Part shown: positions 8,408 through 17,518 of the stretch, in pieces
How positions within the stretch are numbered: position 1 is the first letter of the stretch
Layout of the letters: every line of letters begins with the position of its first letter
Assembly (NCBI GenBank): GCA_032111385.1
Contig: JAULUX010000010.1
Span: forward strand, 1-37,662
From: Bacteroidia bacterium
GTDB lineage: Bacteria; Bacteroidota; Bacteroidia; AKYH767-A; OLB10
Reading direction: 5' to 3'
Length of the DNA stretch: 37,662 nt
Program-made: the position numbers and the translations under genes
The notes under the pieces: model-generated
What the model was told of the DNA's origin: nothing
Databases searched by the model: none
Seen by the model: only the letters and a program-made list of their open reading frames with translations

Positions 8408-9649
8408 TTAAGCCCTGATCGCTTCTACAGGATCGAGACGTGCAGCGGTTGCAGCAGGGAAAAGTCCACTAACCACCCCGATCATCGCTGAAATGCCCAT
8501 TCCCATCAGGATATTCTTTAGGCTCAACGACATTTCAAAACCAAAGTTTCCTGCGGCAAGTGAAGCCAGGTAAACGAAAAATATACCTGAAGCACCACCA
8601 ATGAGGCAAAGCAGCACGGACTCCGTCAAATACTGGATGAGGATAAAGTAATTCTTCGCACCGAGGGCCTTTTGAATACCAATAATGGGAGTCCGTTCGC
8701 GTACAGAAACAAACATGATGTTCGCGATGCCGAATCCCCCAACCAGGATGCTGAAACCACCAATGATCGCACCAACCAGCGAAACCACGTTGAAAAGCTG
8801 ACCAACCTGAGCCGTCAGCAACTTGGTTTCGTTCAACGCGAAATTGTCTTCCTCGATCGGCCTTAACCGACGAATGCTTCGCAAGTGACCGCGCAGTTCA
8901 TCCATCAGCTCCTCGTTACTTACACCTTCACGGGCCTTCACTAAAACGCGCGGATCCGATCGATCGGAACGGATATCGATGAATATACGCCCATAGTTGG
9001 CAGGAATCACCACCTTATTGTCGCGGCTATTACCAATGATACTTTCACCCTCCTTCGCAAAAACGCCGATGACTTTCGCCTTCCTGCCTTTACCGGCTAT
9101 GAACTTATCGATGGGTGATATTCCGGGATACAGGTTCCTGGCGACCTCATATCCGATGATCGCGACAGGATAACCACCGTTGGATTCCGCTTCCGTAAAA
9201 TAACGGCCGTCGAATAAATCGAATGAAGCGACTTTGTCATAGTCGTGGGACACCAGGTCCATCTCGCAATTTTCGACCGAATTGCCTTGCCAACGCAGAG
9301 ACTGAGCCGTTACGGTGGCCATAAAAGCTGCATTGTCGATCAAAAGGGAACGTTCGGTCAACTGACGCATTTCGTCAATCGTGGCGACCGGTCGCTGCCA
9401 ATACTTCCACCAGGCATAATCGGAACCGAACGTCCAAGGCCATTTCTGAACCTGGACAACGTTGTTCCCCAGCTTCTCGACGCTTCCTTTCACACTCGCC
9501 TCCATGCTGTCTACCGCTGTAAAAACCGCTATGATGGCGAAGATGCCGATCGTTACCCCAAGCAAAGAAAGAAAGGTCCGCAGCTTGTTCACGACCAAAG
9601 CATGCCAGGCCATGACGATACTCTCAAGAACAAGCCGTGGTAGGAGCAT
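8408..9649 (-). CDS. ABC transporter permease, MacB-like periplasmic domain plus FtsX domain
   Basis: 413 aa. The N-terminus has the NKLRTFLSLLGVTIGI transmembrane segment, followed by a large extracytoplasmic domain. The C-terminal FtsX block reads ERTPIIGIQKALGAKNYFILIQYL and ends LDPVEAIRA. Confidence 0.85.
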   Translation of the reverse strand: MLLPRLVLESIVMAWHALVVNKLRTFLSLLGVTIGIFAIIAVFTAVDSMEASVKGSVEKLGNNVVQVQKWPWTFGSDYAWWKYWQRPVATIDEMRQLTERSLLIDNAAFMATVTAQSLRWQGNSVENCEMDLVSHDYDKVASFDLFDGRYFTEAESNGGYPVAIIGYEVARNLYPGISPIDKFIAGKGRKAKVIGVFAKEGESIIGNSRDNKVVIPANYGRIFIDIRSDRSDPRVLVKAREGVSNEELMDELRGHLRSIRRLRPIEEDNFALNETKLLTAQVGQLFNVVSLVGAIIGGFSILVGGFGIANIMFVSVRERTPIIGIQKALGAKNYFILIQYLTESVLLCLIGGASGIFFVYLASLAAGNFGFEMSLSLKNILMGMGISAMIGVVSGLFPAATAARLDPVEAIRA

Positions 9650-9665
9650 TTGGGTGTCTATTGAA

Positions 9666-9693
9666 GATTCGATGCAAGGAATGACATCGAATC
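9666..9693. promoter_or_regulatory. perfect 9-bp inverted repeat (GATTCGATG N10 CATCGAATC) in a divergent intergenic region
   Basis: Read directly: 9666-9674 pairs perfectly with 9685-9693. It lies 17-44 nt upstream of the permease start codon (minus strand) and about 120 nt upstream of the RnfD-like gene. It could be an operator or a 5'-UTR hairpin; the function is unknown. Confidence 0.35.
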
Positions 9694-9811
9694 CTTAGGC
9701 GAAGTTAAGCGAAAGCACGGCCTGAAACAGCGACCCCGGCCGGGCAATTTTTCAAAGGCGTGTGGAATTGCGGTACCCATTGCATCTGAGGTACTGTTTG
9801 ATCGCCCCGAC

Positions 9812-10678
9812 ATGCTAAAAGAAACCACAAGCCATGCCTTAAACCGATTCAATTCGGATCCAAGGCACTACCAACTGCTGTTCCTTCTCCTATTTCTGAT
9901 CACCGGCCTATTCTGGCTGGACTGGCATCTCCAACCGCTTCAAATTCCCTTCACATTCCTAACGGCTATCCTTACCCAATGGCTCGCCATTCGCGCCTTC
10001 AAAATTCCGTTGAATTCGCTGAAAAGCGCGATCATCACTTCTTTCAGCCTTTGTCTGCTTTTTCGAAGCGACTCGCTTCATGTCATTGTACTGGCTGCAT
10101 TCCTATCCATTGCTTTCAAATTCGTTTTCCGGATTCAAAACCGGCATTTCATCAATCCGGCCAATGCTGGCATTTGCTGCACCATTCTTCTGACTGGAGA
10201 TGGATGGATCTCACCCGGACAATGGGGAAGCGGACAAATCTGGCTGCTGCTGATTGGCATTCTGGGATGGATCATCGTATCGAAAGCCGCCCGTATTGGA
10301 CTCGCAGCCGGTTTTCTGGCAGGTTATATCGGAGGACTTTTCGTACGTATGATTTTGTGGCAGGATTGGCCATTGGATGCTTTGACCCATGTGTTCACAA
10401 GCGGATCGCTGTTGCTTTTCAGCTTCTTCATGATCACCGACCCTGCCTCCACACCCATTCGAAAAGAAATGAGGATCCTATGGTCAATTCTTGTCGGCTT
10501 ACTGGCATTCTACCTGCAGGCATTCCATTGGGTGAATGGCGCCCCGATCTGGGCTCTGTTCATGCTTTCTCCGCTGATCCCCATTATGAACAACGGAAAA
10601 GAAATCCTGCACAGACTCAAGGGGATTTCCCTTTGCACTTTTCTGCCACTTACAAATCGATTCCAAAAACAACCATAA
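9812..10678 (+). CDS. polytopic membrane protein of the NqrB/RnfD superfamily, standalone, with no obvious FMN-attachment motif
   Basis: 288 aa and hydrophobic throughout. HFINPANAGI and FSFFMITDPASTP match the conserved FNPA and FFMATDP.TSP blocks of RnfD/NqrB. I see no S/T-G-A-T type flavinylation motif. Confidence 0.65.
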   Translation: MLKETTSHALNRFNSDPRHYQLLFLLLFLITGLFWLDWHLQPLQIPFTFLTAILTQWLAIRAFKIPLNSLKSAIITSFSLCLLFRSDSLHVIVLAAFLSIAFKFVFRIQNRHFINPANAGICCTILLTGDGWISPGQWGSGQIWLLLIGILGWIIVSKAARIGLAAGFLAGYIGGLFVRMILWQDWPLDALTHVFTSGSLLLFSFFMITDPASTPIRKEMRILWSILVGLLAFYLQAFHWVNGAPIWALFMLSPLIPIMNNGKEILHRLKGISLCTFLPLTNRFQKQP

Positions 10679-10687
10679 CAAACTGAC

Positions 10688-12289
10688 ATGAAAAAAAACA
10701 TTCTGGTCTGCCTGCTTCTGCTTGTCGCAGCAGCCACAAATCAAACACTTGCATTCTGTGGATTCTATGTGGCCCGTGCAGAGGCGCAACTCTTCAACAA
10801 GACATCCCAGGTCATCCTTGTCCGGAACGGCGAGAACACCACCGTGACCATGAGCTCCGACTTCAAGGGAAACGTTTCTGAATTTGCAATGGTCATTCCT
10901 GTACCGGTGGTTCTGAAACGAAATGATATCAAGGTAGTCGACCGGCGAATTTTCGATCTCCTCGACGCATACTCCGGCCCTCGTTTGGTTGAATACACAG
11001 ATGCGTCACCCTGTCAACGTGACTACTATGAAGAAATGGCAGTTGTAAAAACAACGAAAGCCCGTTCCAACAGGGAGGCGGCTCCAACGACCGAGGACAG
11101 TGAAAGAGACAATTATAAAGTGGCAGTGGTCGCACGGTATACTGTTGGAGAATACGACATCCAGATCCTAAACGCCTTGCAGTCCGATGGCTTGGCAAGA
11201 TGGTTGAACGATCACGGTTATAAAGTTCCAGAGCGGGCTGCCGAGATGCTGGAGCCGTACATCAAAGGGAACATGAAATTTTTCGTCGTCAAAGTGAATC
11301 TCGAAGAACAGAAGTCCTCCGGAGCGAACCTTTTGCGACCTATCCAGATCACTTTCACATCGCAAAAGTTCATGCTGCCGATCCGTCTTGGAATGGCCAA
11401 CGGTGAAGGAATGCAGGATATGATCATCTATACATTCACGCAAAGGGGCCGGGTCGAGCCTGTCAATTACCGTAGCCTGCGCATGCCTACGGATCGGAAT
11501 GTACCTGAGTTCGTAAAAGACAACTTCGGCACATTCTACACTTCCTTGTACAAACAGAATCTTCGTAAAGAAGGCAACGACAATATCTTTTTGGAATATG
11601 CCTGGGATCTGAGTGGTCAAAACCAGATGAAATGCGACCCGTGCGCCAGCGAGCCTCCATTGTATAGTGAAATCAGGGAAGCGGGTGTAGACTGGCTACA
11701 GACCGGTGGAAGGAATGGATACATAGGATCGCTTTTCTTCACCAGAATGCATGTAAGCTACGACCGGTCGAATTTCCCTCAGGATTTGATCTTTCAGGAA
11801 ACACCCGACCGCACAAATTTTCAATGCCGGTATGTTCTGAACCATCCGGCACCATATTACGAGGACTGTGATGCATGGAAAAGTTATCAGGAAGAAAAGG
11901 TCATTCGAAGGAAGAAAGAACTTCTCGAACTTGCAGCCTTGACGGGTTGGGATGTAACGCGGTATTCTGAGTACCCCTACATGTTCAAGGGGTACGAAGC
12001 GCCTCGCCCACCGGATGACCGAAAAGGGCATGTCGAACCAAAGCAATTCGATCCTCAACAACCAGCCATTCCGGAAAAAAAGCCTGCGGTTCCCCAGCCC
12101 TCGCGATTACCGGAAGATCCGGTGGCCCAGTTGAATCCTGCCCAATCGATTTTTGAAATAGAACAGGATGATTTTCTCATAGAAAACCCCGTCCAAAATA
12201 GAGGGGATAATTCCATCCCTTGGGGTTGGGTGGGCGTGGTAGCTATCACAGGACTGGCAGTCTACACAGCCGGCAGAACAAAAAGCTAA
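10688..12289 (+). CDS. DUF2330 domain-containing protein with a signal peptide, a Pro-rich linker and a C-terminal TM anchor
   Basis: 533 aa. The signal peptide [22 protein letters not shown] is followed by FCGFYVA, resembling the CGGFF-type N-terminus I recall for DUF2330. EFAMVIPVP is also present. The C-terminus is [24 protein letters not shown]. It starts 9 nt after the RnfD-like gene. Confidence 0.65.
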   Translation: MKKNILVCLLLLVAAATNQTLAFCGFYVARAEAQLFNKTSQVILVRNGENTTVTMSSDFKGNVSEFAMVIPVPVVLKRNDIKVVDRRIFDLLDAYSGPRLVEYTDASPCQRDYYEEMAVVKTTKARSNREAAPTTEDSERDNYKVAVVARYTVGEYDIQILNALQSDGLARWLNDHGYKVPERAAEMLEPYIKGNMKFFVVKVNLEEQKSSGANLLRPIQITFTSQKFMLPIRLGMANGEGMQDMIIYTFTQRGRVEPVNYRSLRMPTDRNVPEFVKDNFGTFYTSLYKQNLRKEGNDNIFLEYAWDLSGQNQMKCDPCASEPPLYSEIREAGVDWLQTGGRNGYIGSLFFTRMHVSYDRSNFPQDLIFQETPDRTNFQCRYVLNHPAPYYEDCDAWKSYQEEKVIRRKKELLELAALTGWDVTRYSEYPYMFKGYEAPRPPDDRKGHVEPKQFDPQQPAIPEKKPAVPQPSRLPEDPVAQLNPAQSIFEIEQDDFLIENPVQNRGDNSIPWGWVGVVAITGLAVYTAGRTKS

Positions 12290-14322
12290 ATTGGATTTCC
12301 AGCAATTAGTTTCAGGGCATCGGAGACCGCATTTACGGGCAACTTGCACTCATGCCCCGAACAGACGAAAATGCGGTTTTCGGTCGGATCGAATCGGTTC
12401 TTGAGCAATTCCACTTCGGAATGAACGGATGTTGAGGCGAAAACAGTGAACGGCAGGTATGCTTTCACCAATTCCCTCAACATCCCTTCCGAATCCGGAC
12501 CACAAACCGCCAACTCAGTACCGCGTTCGATTTCAAGAGCGACACGTGCCCATCGACTGTACCAAGGGGTGGAGTCGGACCATTCGTTTTTCATCCTTTG
12601 CACCATTTTTGAAGACCTGTCCAGCCAACCGGAATTACCGGCCAAGCGCGACAAACGCAGAAGGTTATGCGCCATGACCGAATTGGAGGAAGGAATGACA
12701 TTGTCGCCTGTTTCGAACTTTCGCATGACGAGTGAAGCGGATCGATCGGATGTAAACCAGAACAACCCACTGCCGACATCACTGAATTCGCGCATTGCAG
12801 TTTCCGTTAAACGGACAGCCAGCGAAAGCCAGTTCTCATCCCCTGAAACACTGAAAAGACTGATAAAGGCTTCGATGCAGAATGCATAATCCTCCAGGAA
12901 ACCAGGTATTGAAACACGGACTCCGTTTTCATCTTCTTTGGCAGAATGCAAAAGCCTGGCATGATCCTGAATAAAATGCAAGGAGATAAAACGCGCATTG
13001 CGTTCTGCCATCTCAAGGTATTCGCGTTTTCCGAAAGCACAGTATGCTTCAACAAGAGCCGAGATCATCATTGCATTCCAACTGCAAAGAATCTTGTCAT
13101 CGGTTCCGGGCTTGATCCGACGTGATCGGGAATCTGCCAGACGGGCACGGATCTCACGCACCTTCTGTTTCAATTCCGAAAGGGACAGTCCGTGACGATC
13201 TGCGATGGCATGGTCATCATCGTGGCGGAGCGGGATGTGCATACCGTGTTCCCAATATCCCCGGTCGTTGATGTTCCAATAGTCAATTGCCAAATCATAA
13301 TCCTTTTCCGGAAGGAACTTTAGCTCATCGGGACTCCAGCAGTAGTATTTTCCCTCAACCCCTTCACTATCCGCATCCAAAGCCGAATAGAAACCACCAC
13401 CCGGGGAAGTCATCTCCTTGGTAATGAAAGAAAAGGTGTCTTCAACGATCTCACGGTAAAGGTCATCCGGCTTTTGTCTGTATGCATCTGAAAACAGTGC
13501 AACCAATCCAGCATTGTCGTACAGCATCTTTTCAAAATGTGGAACCTTCCAGATCCGGTCTGTGCTGTATCGGGCGAAGCCACCTCCGATGTGATCGTAT
13601 ATGCCTCCAAAGGCCAATTTACGGAGGGTATGGTGAACATGATCTAACACATCCTGATTTGCGAATGTCGTTCCTGCCGACAGTAAATAGCGGTAGCTGT
13701 CGGGCAACGGAAATTTGGGGACACGCGATGGCCCGCCCTCGTCGATATCGCATTGCTTCAACCAGTGATCGAGCATAGCCTTGTGATCCGCCTCTGGAAT
13801 CTGCTCTGTCAATGGCTCGAGTAGCCGCTGTTGCATCTTATTCATTCCAGTCGCCAGTTCGCTTGCGTACATGTCGCAGCGCGTGGGGTCATCCTTGTAG
13901 AGTGACTCCAGCTGAAGCAGAACCTGCCGCCATTGCTCTTTAGGGAAATACGTCCCACCGTAGATCGGCCTTTGATCCGGCATTGCGATCACATTCAGCG
14001 GCCATCCGCCCCGTCCTGTCATCAATTGAACGGCATCCATATACACCTGATCGATATCGGGACGCTCCTCACGATCGACCTTAATATTGATAAAGGAACG
14101 ATTCATGATGGCGGCAATCTCCTCGTCCTCGAAGCTTTCACGCTCCATTACATGACACCAATGGCATGCAGAATAACCGATGCTGATGATCAATAATTTA
14201 TTCTCGCGACGGGCTTTTTCAAGTGAGGACTCGTCCCATGGAAACCAATGAACCGGATTGTAAGCGTGTTGAAGAAGATAAGGCGAGGTTGATTGTGAAA
14301 GTGCGTTCGGTGTGTCCTGCAT
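12286..14322 (-). CDS. thioredoxin-domain protein of the YyaL/DUF255 (SSP411-like) family
   Basis: 678 aa. Contains [34 protein letters not shown] (CxxC in a thioredoxin fold) and PKFPLP, followed by a long alpha-toroid-like C-terminal region. Confidence 0.85.
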   Translation of the reverse strand: MQDTPNALSQSTSPYLLQHAYNPVHWFPWDESSLEKARRENKLLIISIGYSACHWCHVMERESFEDEEIAAIMNRSFINIKVDREERPDIDQVYMDAVQLMTGRGGWPLNVIAMPDQRPIYGGTYFPKEQWRQVLLQLESLYKDDPTRCDMYASELATGMNKMQQRLLEPLTEQIPEADHKAMLDHWLKQCDIDEGGPSRVPKFPLPDSYRYLLSAGTTFANQDVLDHVHHTLRKLAFGGIYDHIGGGFARYSTDRIWKVPHFEKMLYDNAGLVALFSDAYRQKPDDLYREIVEDTFSFITKEMTSPGGGFYSALDADSEGVEGKYYCWSPDELKFLPEKDYDLAIDYWNINDRGYWEHGMHIPLRHDDDHAIADRHGLSLSELKQKVREIRARLADSRSRRIKPGTDDKILCSWNAMMISALVEAYCAFGKREYLEMAERNARFISLHFIQDHARLLHSAKEDENGVRVSIPGFLEDYAFCIEAFISLFSVSGDENWLSLAVRLTETAMREFSDVGSGLFWFTSDRSASLVMRKFETGDNVIPSSNSVMAHNLLRLSRLAGNSGWLDRSSKMVQRMKNEWSDSTPWYSRWARVALEIERGTELAVCGPDSEGMLRELVKAYLPFTVFASTSVHSEVELLKNRFDPTENRIFVCSGHECKLPVNAVSDALKLIAGNPI

Positions 14323-14375
14323 GTTCTTCTAAACAGACGATCCAGAGAAAAGTAACCCCCCGTGCCGAAACGGTT

Positions 14376-14582
14376 TCACAAATCCTTGTTCTTTCTCCAC
14401 AGGAACATGAAACCCACCCCGAGAATGATCAAGAGCGAAAACACCATGTTGGTGATAAGAAAATGGGTGTCCTGCTGGGTGAGTTCCTGTCCACCTCTTT
14501 TGAAACGGAACAGGAAATAAGACATTACGGTTCCGGCAGAGACGGAAAGCAAGACAATGATCACACGCCTTTTCGGAGACAT
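14376..14582 (-). CDS. small hypothetical membrane protein (two predicted TM helices)
   Basis: 68 aa ORF filling the gap between tyrS and the yyaL-like gene. It has two hydrophobic stretches (VIIVLLSVSAGTVMSYFLF and MVFSLLIILGVGFMFLW) flanked by basic residues. The overlapping 96 aa ORF in another frame has no such structure. Confidence 0.4.
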   Translation of the reverse strand: MSPKRRVIIVLLSVSAGTVMSYFLFRFKRGGQELTQQDTHFLITNMVFSLLIILGVGFMFLWRKNKDL

Positions 14583-14622
14583 TCGGCTTTATTTTTAGGG
14601 ACTCGACCTTCCGACACACAAA

Positions 14623-15927
14623 TCAGTTGGCGATCAGGAGGTAGTAGTTTTTCTTGCCTTTCTGGACAAGCATGTATTTATTCTGGAGCAAACGCTCCAC
14701 GCCATGTATGGCGGCGGGGTCGTCGACCTTCTCCTTGTTGATGCTCACACCACCACTTTGCACAAGCTTCCGGGCTTCTCCACGGGAAGGGAAAATACCT
14801 GTCTTCTCCACAAGCAGTTCAAGCGTTCCGAGTCCCTCTTCGAGTTCGGTTTTCGAGACCACGAACTGAGGCACGCCCTCGAAAACACTCAGAAGCATTT
14901 GTTCGTCGAGGCGTTTTAAAGCTTCCAGCGGCGCGTTACCGAACAATATCTCCGACGCCTCCACAGCTGCATTGTAATCACTTTCGCTGTGTACACGAAT
15001 AGTCACTTCACGGGCGATCGTTTTCTGAAGCAACCGCTCGTGAGGAGCGGCGGCATGGCGCACCTCAAGGTCCTCCACCTCTTCTTTGGAAAGCAAAGTG
15101 AAGATCCGGATGAAGTTTTTGCTATCCTCATCAGAAGCGTTCAGCCAAAACTGATAGAATTTGTAAGGGGAGGTCTTTGACGGATCGAGCCAGATATTGC
15201 CCCCTTCGGTCTTTCCGAATTTAGTTCCGTCCGCTTTTTTGATCAGCGGTGTCGTCAAGGCGAAAGCTTCACCTCCAGCCATACGGCGGATAAGCTCCGT
15301 ACCCGTGGTGATGTTGCCCCATTGATCGGATCCGCCCATTTGAAGGGAGACACCCTGATTCTTCCACAGGTGGTAGAAGTCATACCCCTGAACGAGCTGA
15401 TAACTGAACTCGGTGAAGGAAATACCGGTTTCAAGACGCCGCTGAACCGAGTCTTTGGCCATCATGTAGTTGACTGTGATGTGCTTTCCTACATCACGGA
15501 TAAAACCCAGGAAGGAAAACTCCTTAAACCAATCGTAATTGTCGAAAACCTCAACCGGAGCACTGCCGTTTCCTGATGCGAGCAAGCGCGTCAACTGCGC
15601 TCGTACAGCATCAATATTGTGTCGGAGCGTCTCTTCATCCAAAAGGTTCCTCTCCGCCGATTTACCAGAGGGGTCGCCTACCATTCCGGTTGCTCCACCA
15701 AGCAAAGCAACAGGGACATGCCCACATCGTTGGAAATGGATCAGAATCATGATCTGAACCAGATTCCCCACTCCGAGTGAATCGGAGGTAGGATCAAAAC
15801 CAATATAGCCTTTCACCGGCCCGGCCAAAAGCAATTCCTCAACACCGGGGGTAATATCCTGCAACATATTCCTCCACTTCAGCTCTGAGATGAAATCCTT
15901 TGGAGAGGGGTTGACTGAAGAGGCCAT
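14623..15927 (-). CDS. tyrS: tyrosine--tRNA ligase
   Basis: Contains [14 protein letters not shown] (a HIGH-region variant), KFGKTEGG (KMSKS-type) and a C-terminal S4 domain ([20 protein letters not shown]). I place the start at the internal ATG 15927 ([20 protein letters not shown], 434 aa) rather than the track start at 16035, which adds 36 non-conserved residues. Confidence 0.9.
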   Translation of the reverse strand: MASSVNPSPKDFISELKWRNMLQDITPGVEELLLAGPVKGYIGFDPTSDSLGVGNLVQIMILIHFQRCGHVPVALLGGATGMVGDPSGKSAERNLLDEETLRHNIDAVRAQLTRLLASGNGSAPVEVFDNYDWFKEFSFLGFIRDVGKHITVNYMMAKDSVQRRLETGISFTEFSYQLVQGYDFYHLWKNQGVSLQMGGSDQWGNITTGTELIRRMAGGEAFALTTPLIKKADGTKFGKTEGGNIWLDPSKTSPYKFYQFWLNASDEDSKNFIRIFTLLSKEEVEDLEVRHAAAPHERLLQKTIAREVTIRVHSESDYNAAVEASEILFGNAPLEALKRLDEQMLLSVFEGVPQFVVSKTELEEGLGTLELLVEKTGIFPSRGEARKLVQSGGVSINKEKVDDPAAIHGVERLLQNKYMLVQKGKKNYYLLIAN

Positions 15928-15959
15928 GGTCGTTATCAGGTAAGCCGTTGAATGCCTCG

Positions 15960-15990
15960 CAAAAGTAAAGAATGGCCGACAGGTGACCAA
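15960..15990 (-). promoter_or_regulatory. candidate Bacteroidota sigma-A type promoter for tyrS (-33 TTG, -7 TACTTTTG)
   Basis: On the minus strand, TACTTTTG (15967 to 15960) matches the TAnnTTTG consensus and ends 32 nt upstream of the tyrS ATG. A TTG sits 20 nt further upstream (15990-15988). This is a motif match only. A similar TAAATTTG lies on the minus strand at 23348-23341, upstream of the radical SAM gene. Confidence 0.3.
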
Positions 15991-16038
15991 CCGCTTGTCG
16001 AGCGACCTCGAAGCGGAGGAAAGCCCTAATTTCACCGC

Positions 16039-17043
16039 ATGATTCTGGTGACGGGAGGTACAGGGATGATCGGATCACGGTTGATCGCCGATCTGCTTCA
16101 GGACGGCTATGCTATCAAGGCTTTGAAGCGGCCTTTCTCAGACACTGCACTTCTCGATTATCACCTGGCAAACGACTTAACTCTGTTCGGTCGCATTGAA
16201 TGGGTGGAAGGTGATTTACTGGAAATCGACACACTCGAAAAGGCACTGGAGGGTGTACATACTGTTTTTCATACTGCCGGTTTAGTATCCTTCTTACCTG
16301 GTCATGAAGAAGCCTTGCTCGATTCAAACATGAAGGGCACTGCCAACCTTGTCAATCTTTGCCTTGAGAATGAAAACATTAGGTACTTCGCTTACGTTAG
16401 TTCCGTAGCCACGCTTGGGCGCTCTTCCGGCCAGGTGATCATCGCTGAAGACTGTCATTGGAATCCAGGCACGCCCCAAAGCCCTTATGCCGTCAGCAAA
16501 TACACCGCCGAGCGTGAAGTCTGGAGAGCCATGGCTGAGGGGCTGAATGCCGTCATCGTCAATCCATCGATCGTACTTGGTCCAGGGCCCAGAGGAAATG
16601 GCAGCTCCACTTTATTCCGAAAAGTGCTTCAGGGTTTCCCCTTTCACACGCTCGGTGTGAGTGGATTCGTAGATGTAAGGGATGTCAGCGACGCCCTTCG
16701 CTGGTTATTCAGAGAAGAAATCGCTGGAGAACGATTCATCCTGAATTCCGAGAACATGTCCTTCCGCGATCTGTTCATTAGGATGGCCGCAGCATTTGGT
16801 GTCAAACCTCCTCCTTTCCTGGTCCGCCCCTGGATGTCGTCGCTCATCTGGCCCTTGGAGAAAATCAGAAGCACCCTTACAGGCAGCCCTCCTTTCATCA
16901 CAAAAGAGACGGCGCGTTCGGCACAAAGTGAGTTCAGGTACTCGTCTGAAAAGATCCTCAAGCTGGGATTCCGCTTCCGGACAATTGACGAGTGTATCCG
17001 CGAGAGTGTCCCGTTTTTTAAGAAAGAAGCGACTACCGGTTGA
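16039..17043 (+). CDS. NAD-dependent epimerase/dehydratase family protein (extended SDR)
   Basis: 334 aa. Has the Rossmann motif [12 protein letters not shown] at the N-terminus and the catalytic YAVSK. Confidence 0.8.
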   Translation: MILVTGGTGMIGSRLIADLLQDGYAIKALKRPFSDTALLDYHLANDLTLFGRIEWVEGDLLEIDTLEKALEGVHTVFHTAGLVSFLPGHEEALLDSNMKGTANLVNLCLENENIRYFAYVSSVATLGRSSGQVIIAEDCHWNPGTPQSPYAVSKYTAEREVWRAMAEGLNAVIVNPSIVLGPGPRGNGSSTLFRKVLQGFPFHTLGVSGFVDVRDVSDALRWLFREEIAGERFILNSENMSFRDLFIRMAAAFGVKPPPFLVRPWMSSLIWPLEKIRSTLTGSPPFITKETARSAQSEFRYSSEKILKLGFRFRTIDECIRESVPFFKKEATTG

Positions 17044-17419
17044 CGGTGCGTTTGTATTCCGGTTGGTAACTATGGAAAAAGTTCAGCCATATCGCCCTTG
17101 ATGTGCGAAAAGTGTATGGTGCAAGAGCTGCCAGAACCACCGTTAGTATGATCAGGAAAGCAGGAACGCCGTAATTCCACAGGAACAGGTAATAAGCCAG
17201 GAAAACAGCTACTGAGATAGCCACCGTAAAGGCATAACTGACGTACATGGCGCCGTAATAATAACCCGGCTCCGGCTCGAAATTAAGTCCGCAGTTAGGG
17301 CAATGCGTATGCATGTGGGCGGTCTCTTTTAAGTGATAAGGGTTCTTGTCCGGATACAAATCGCCTTCGAGGCAGCGTGGACATTTGTGAAACAACGAGC
17401 TTTTGAATTTGGCAATCAT
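17033..17419 (-). CDS. DUF983 domain-containing membrane protein
   Basis: 128 aa. Paired CxxC motifs (CPRCLEGDL and CPNCGLNF) are followed by PGYYYGAMYVSYA and two TM helices, which is typical of DUF983. Confidence 0.75.
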   Translation of the reverse strand: MIAKFKSSLFHKCPRCLEGDLYPDKNPYHLKETAHMHTHCPNCGLNFEPEPGYYYGAMYVSYAFTVAISVAVFLAYYLFLWNYGVPAFLIILTVVLAALAPYTFRTSRAIWLNFFHSYQPEYKRTVNR

Positions 17420-17518
17420 CAGACTTAAATATGAAGTAAAGATGCCATTCCAAAGTCTTGCACGGTGTCACAAAAGTCACAAGTGATAAAAATTACCCCA
17501 AGAAACGGATGCTACGCG

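Noticed and set aside
9979-10686. 235 aa same-strand alternative-frame ORF inside the RnfD-like gene, a possible overlapping gene or frameshift
   Set aside because: The annotated frame is hydrophobic and carries the conserved RnfD blocks right up to its end. The alternative frame is Arg/His/Ser-rich with no structure. No frameshift is needed to explain the gene.
16027-16034. TAATTTCA upstream of the SDR gene, and again at 23327-23334 upstream of pepA, as a possible variant -7 box
   Set aside because: There are two mismatches to TAnnTTTG, and the first copy ends only 4 nt before the ATG, which is incompatible with a promoter position.
15928-16035. 36-codon N-terminal extension of tyrS
   Set aside because: TyrRS homologs start close to the MASSVNPS position. 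The extension would consume the whole divergent promoter region, including the candidate -7 box.
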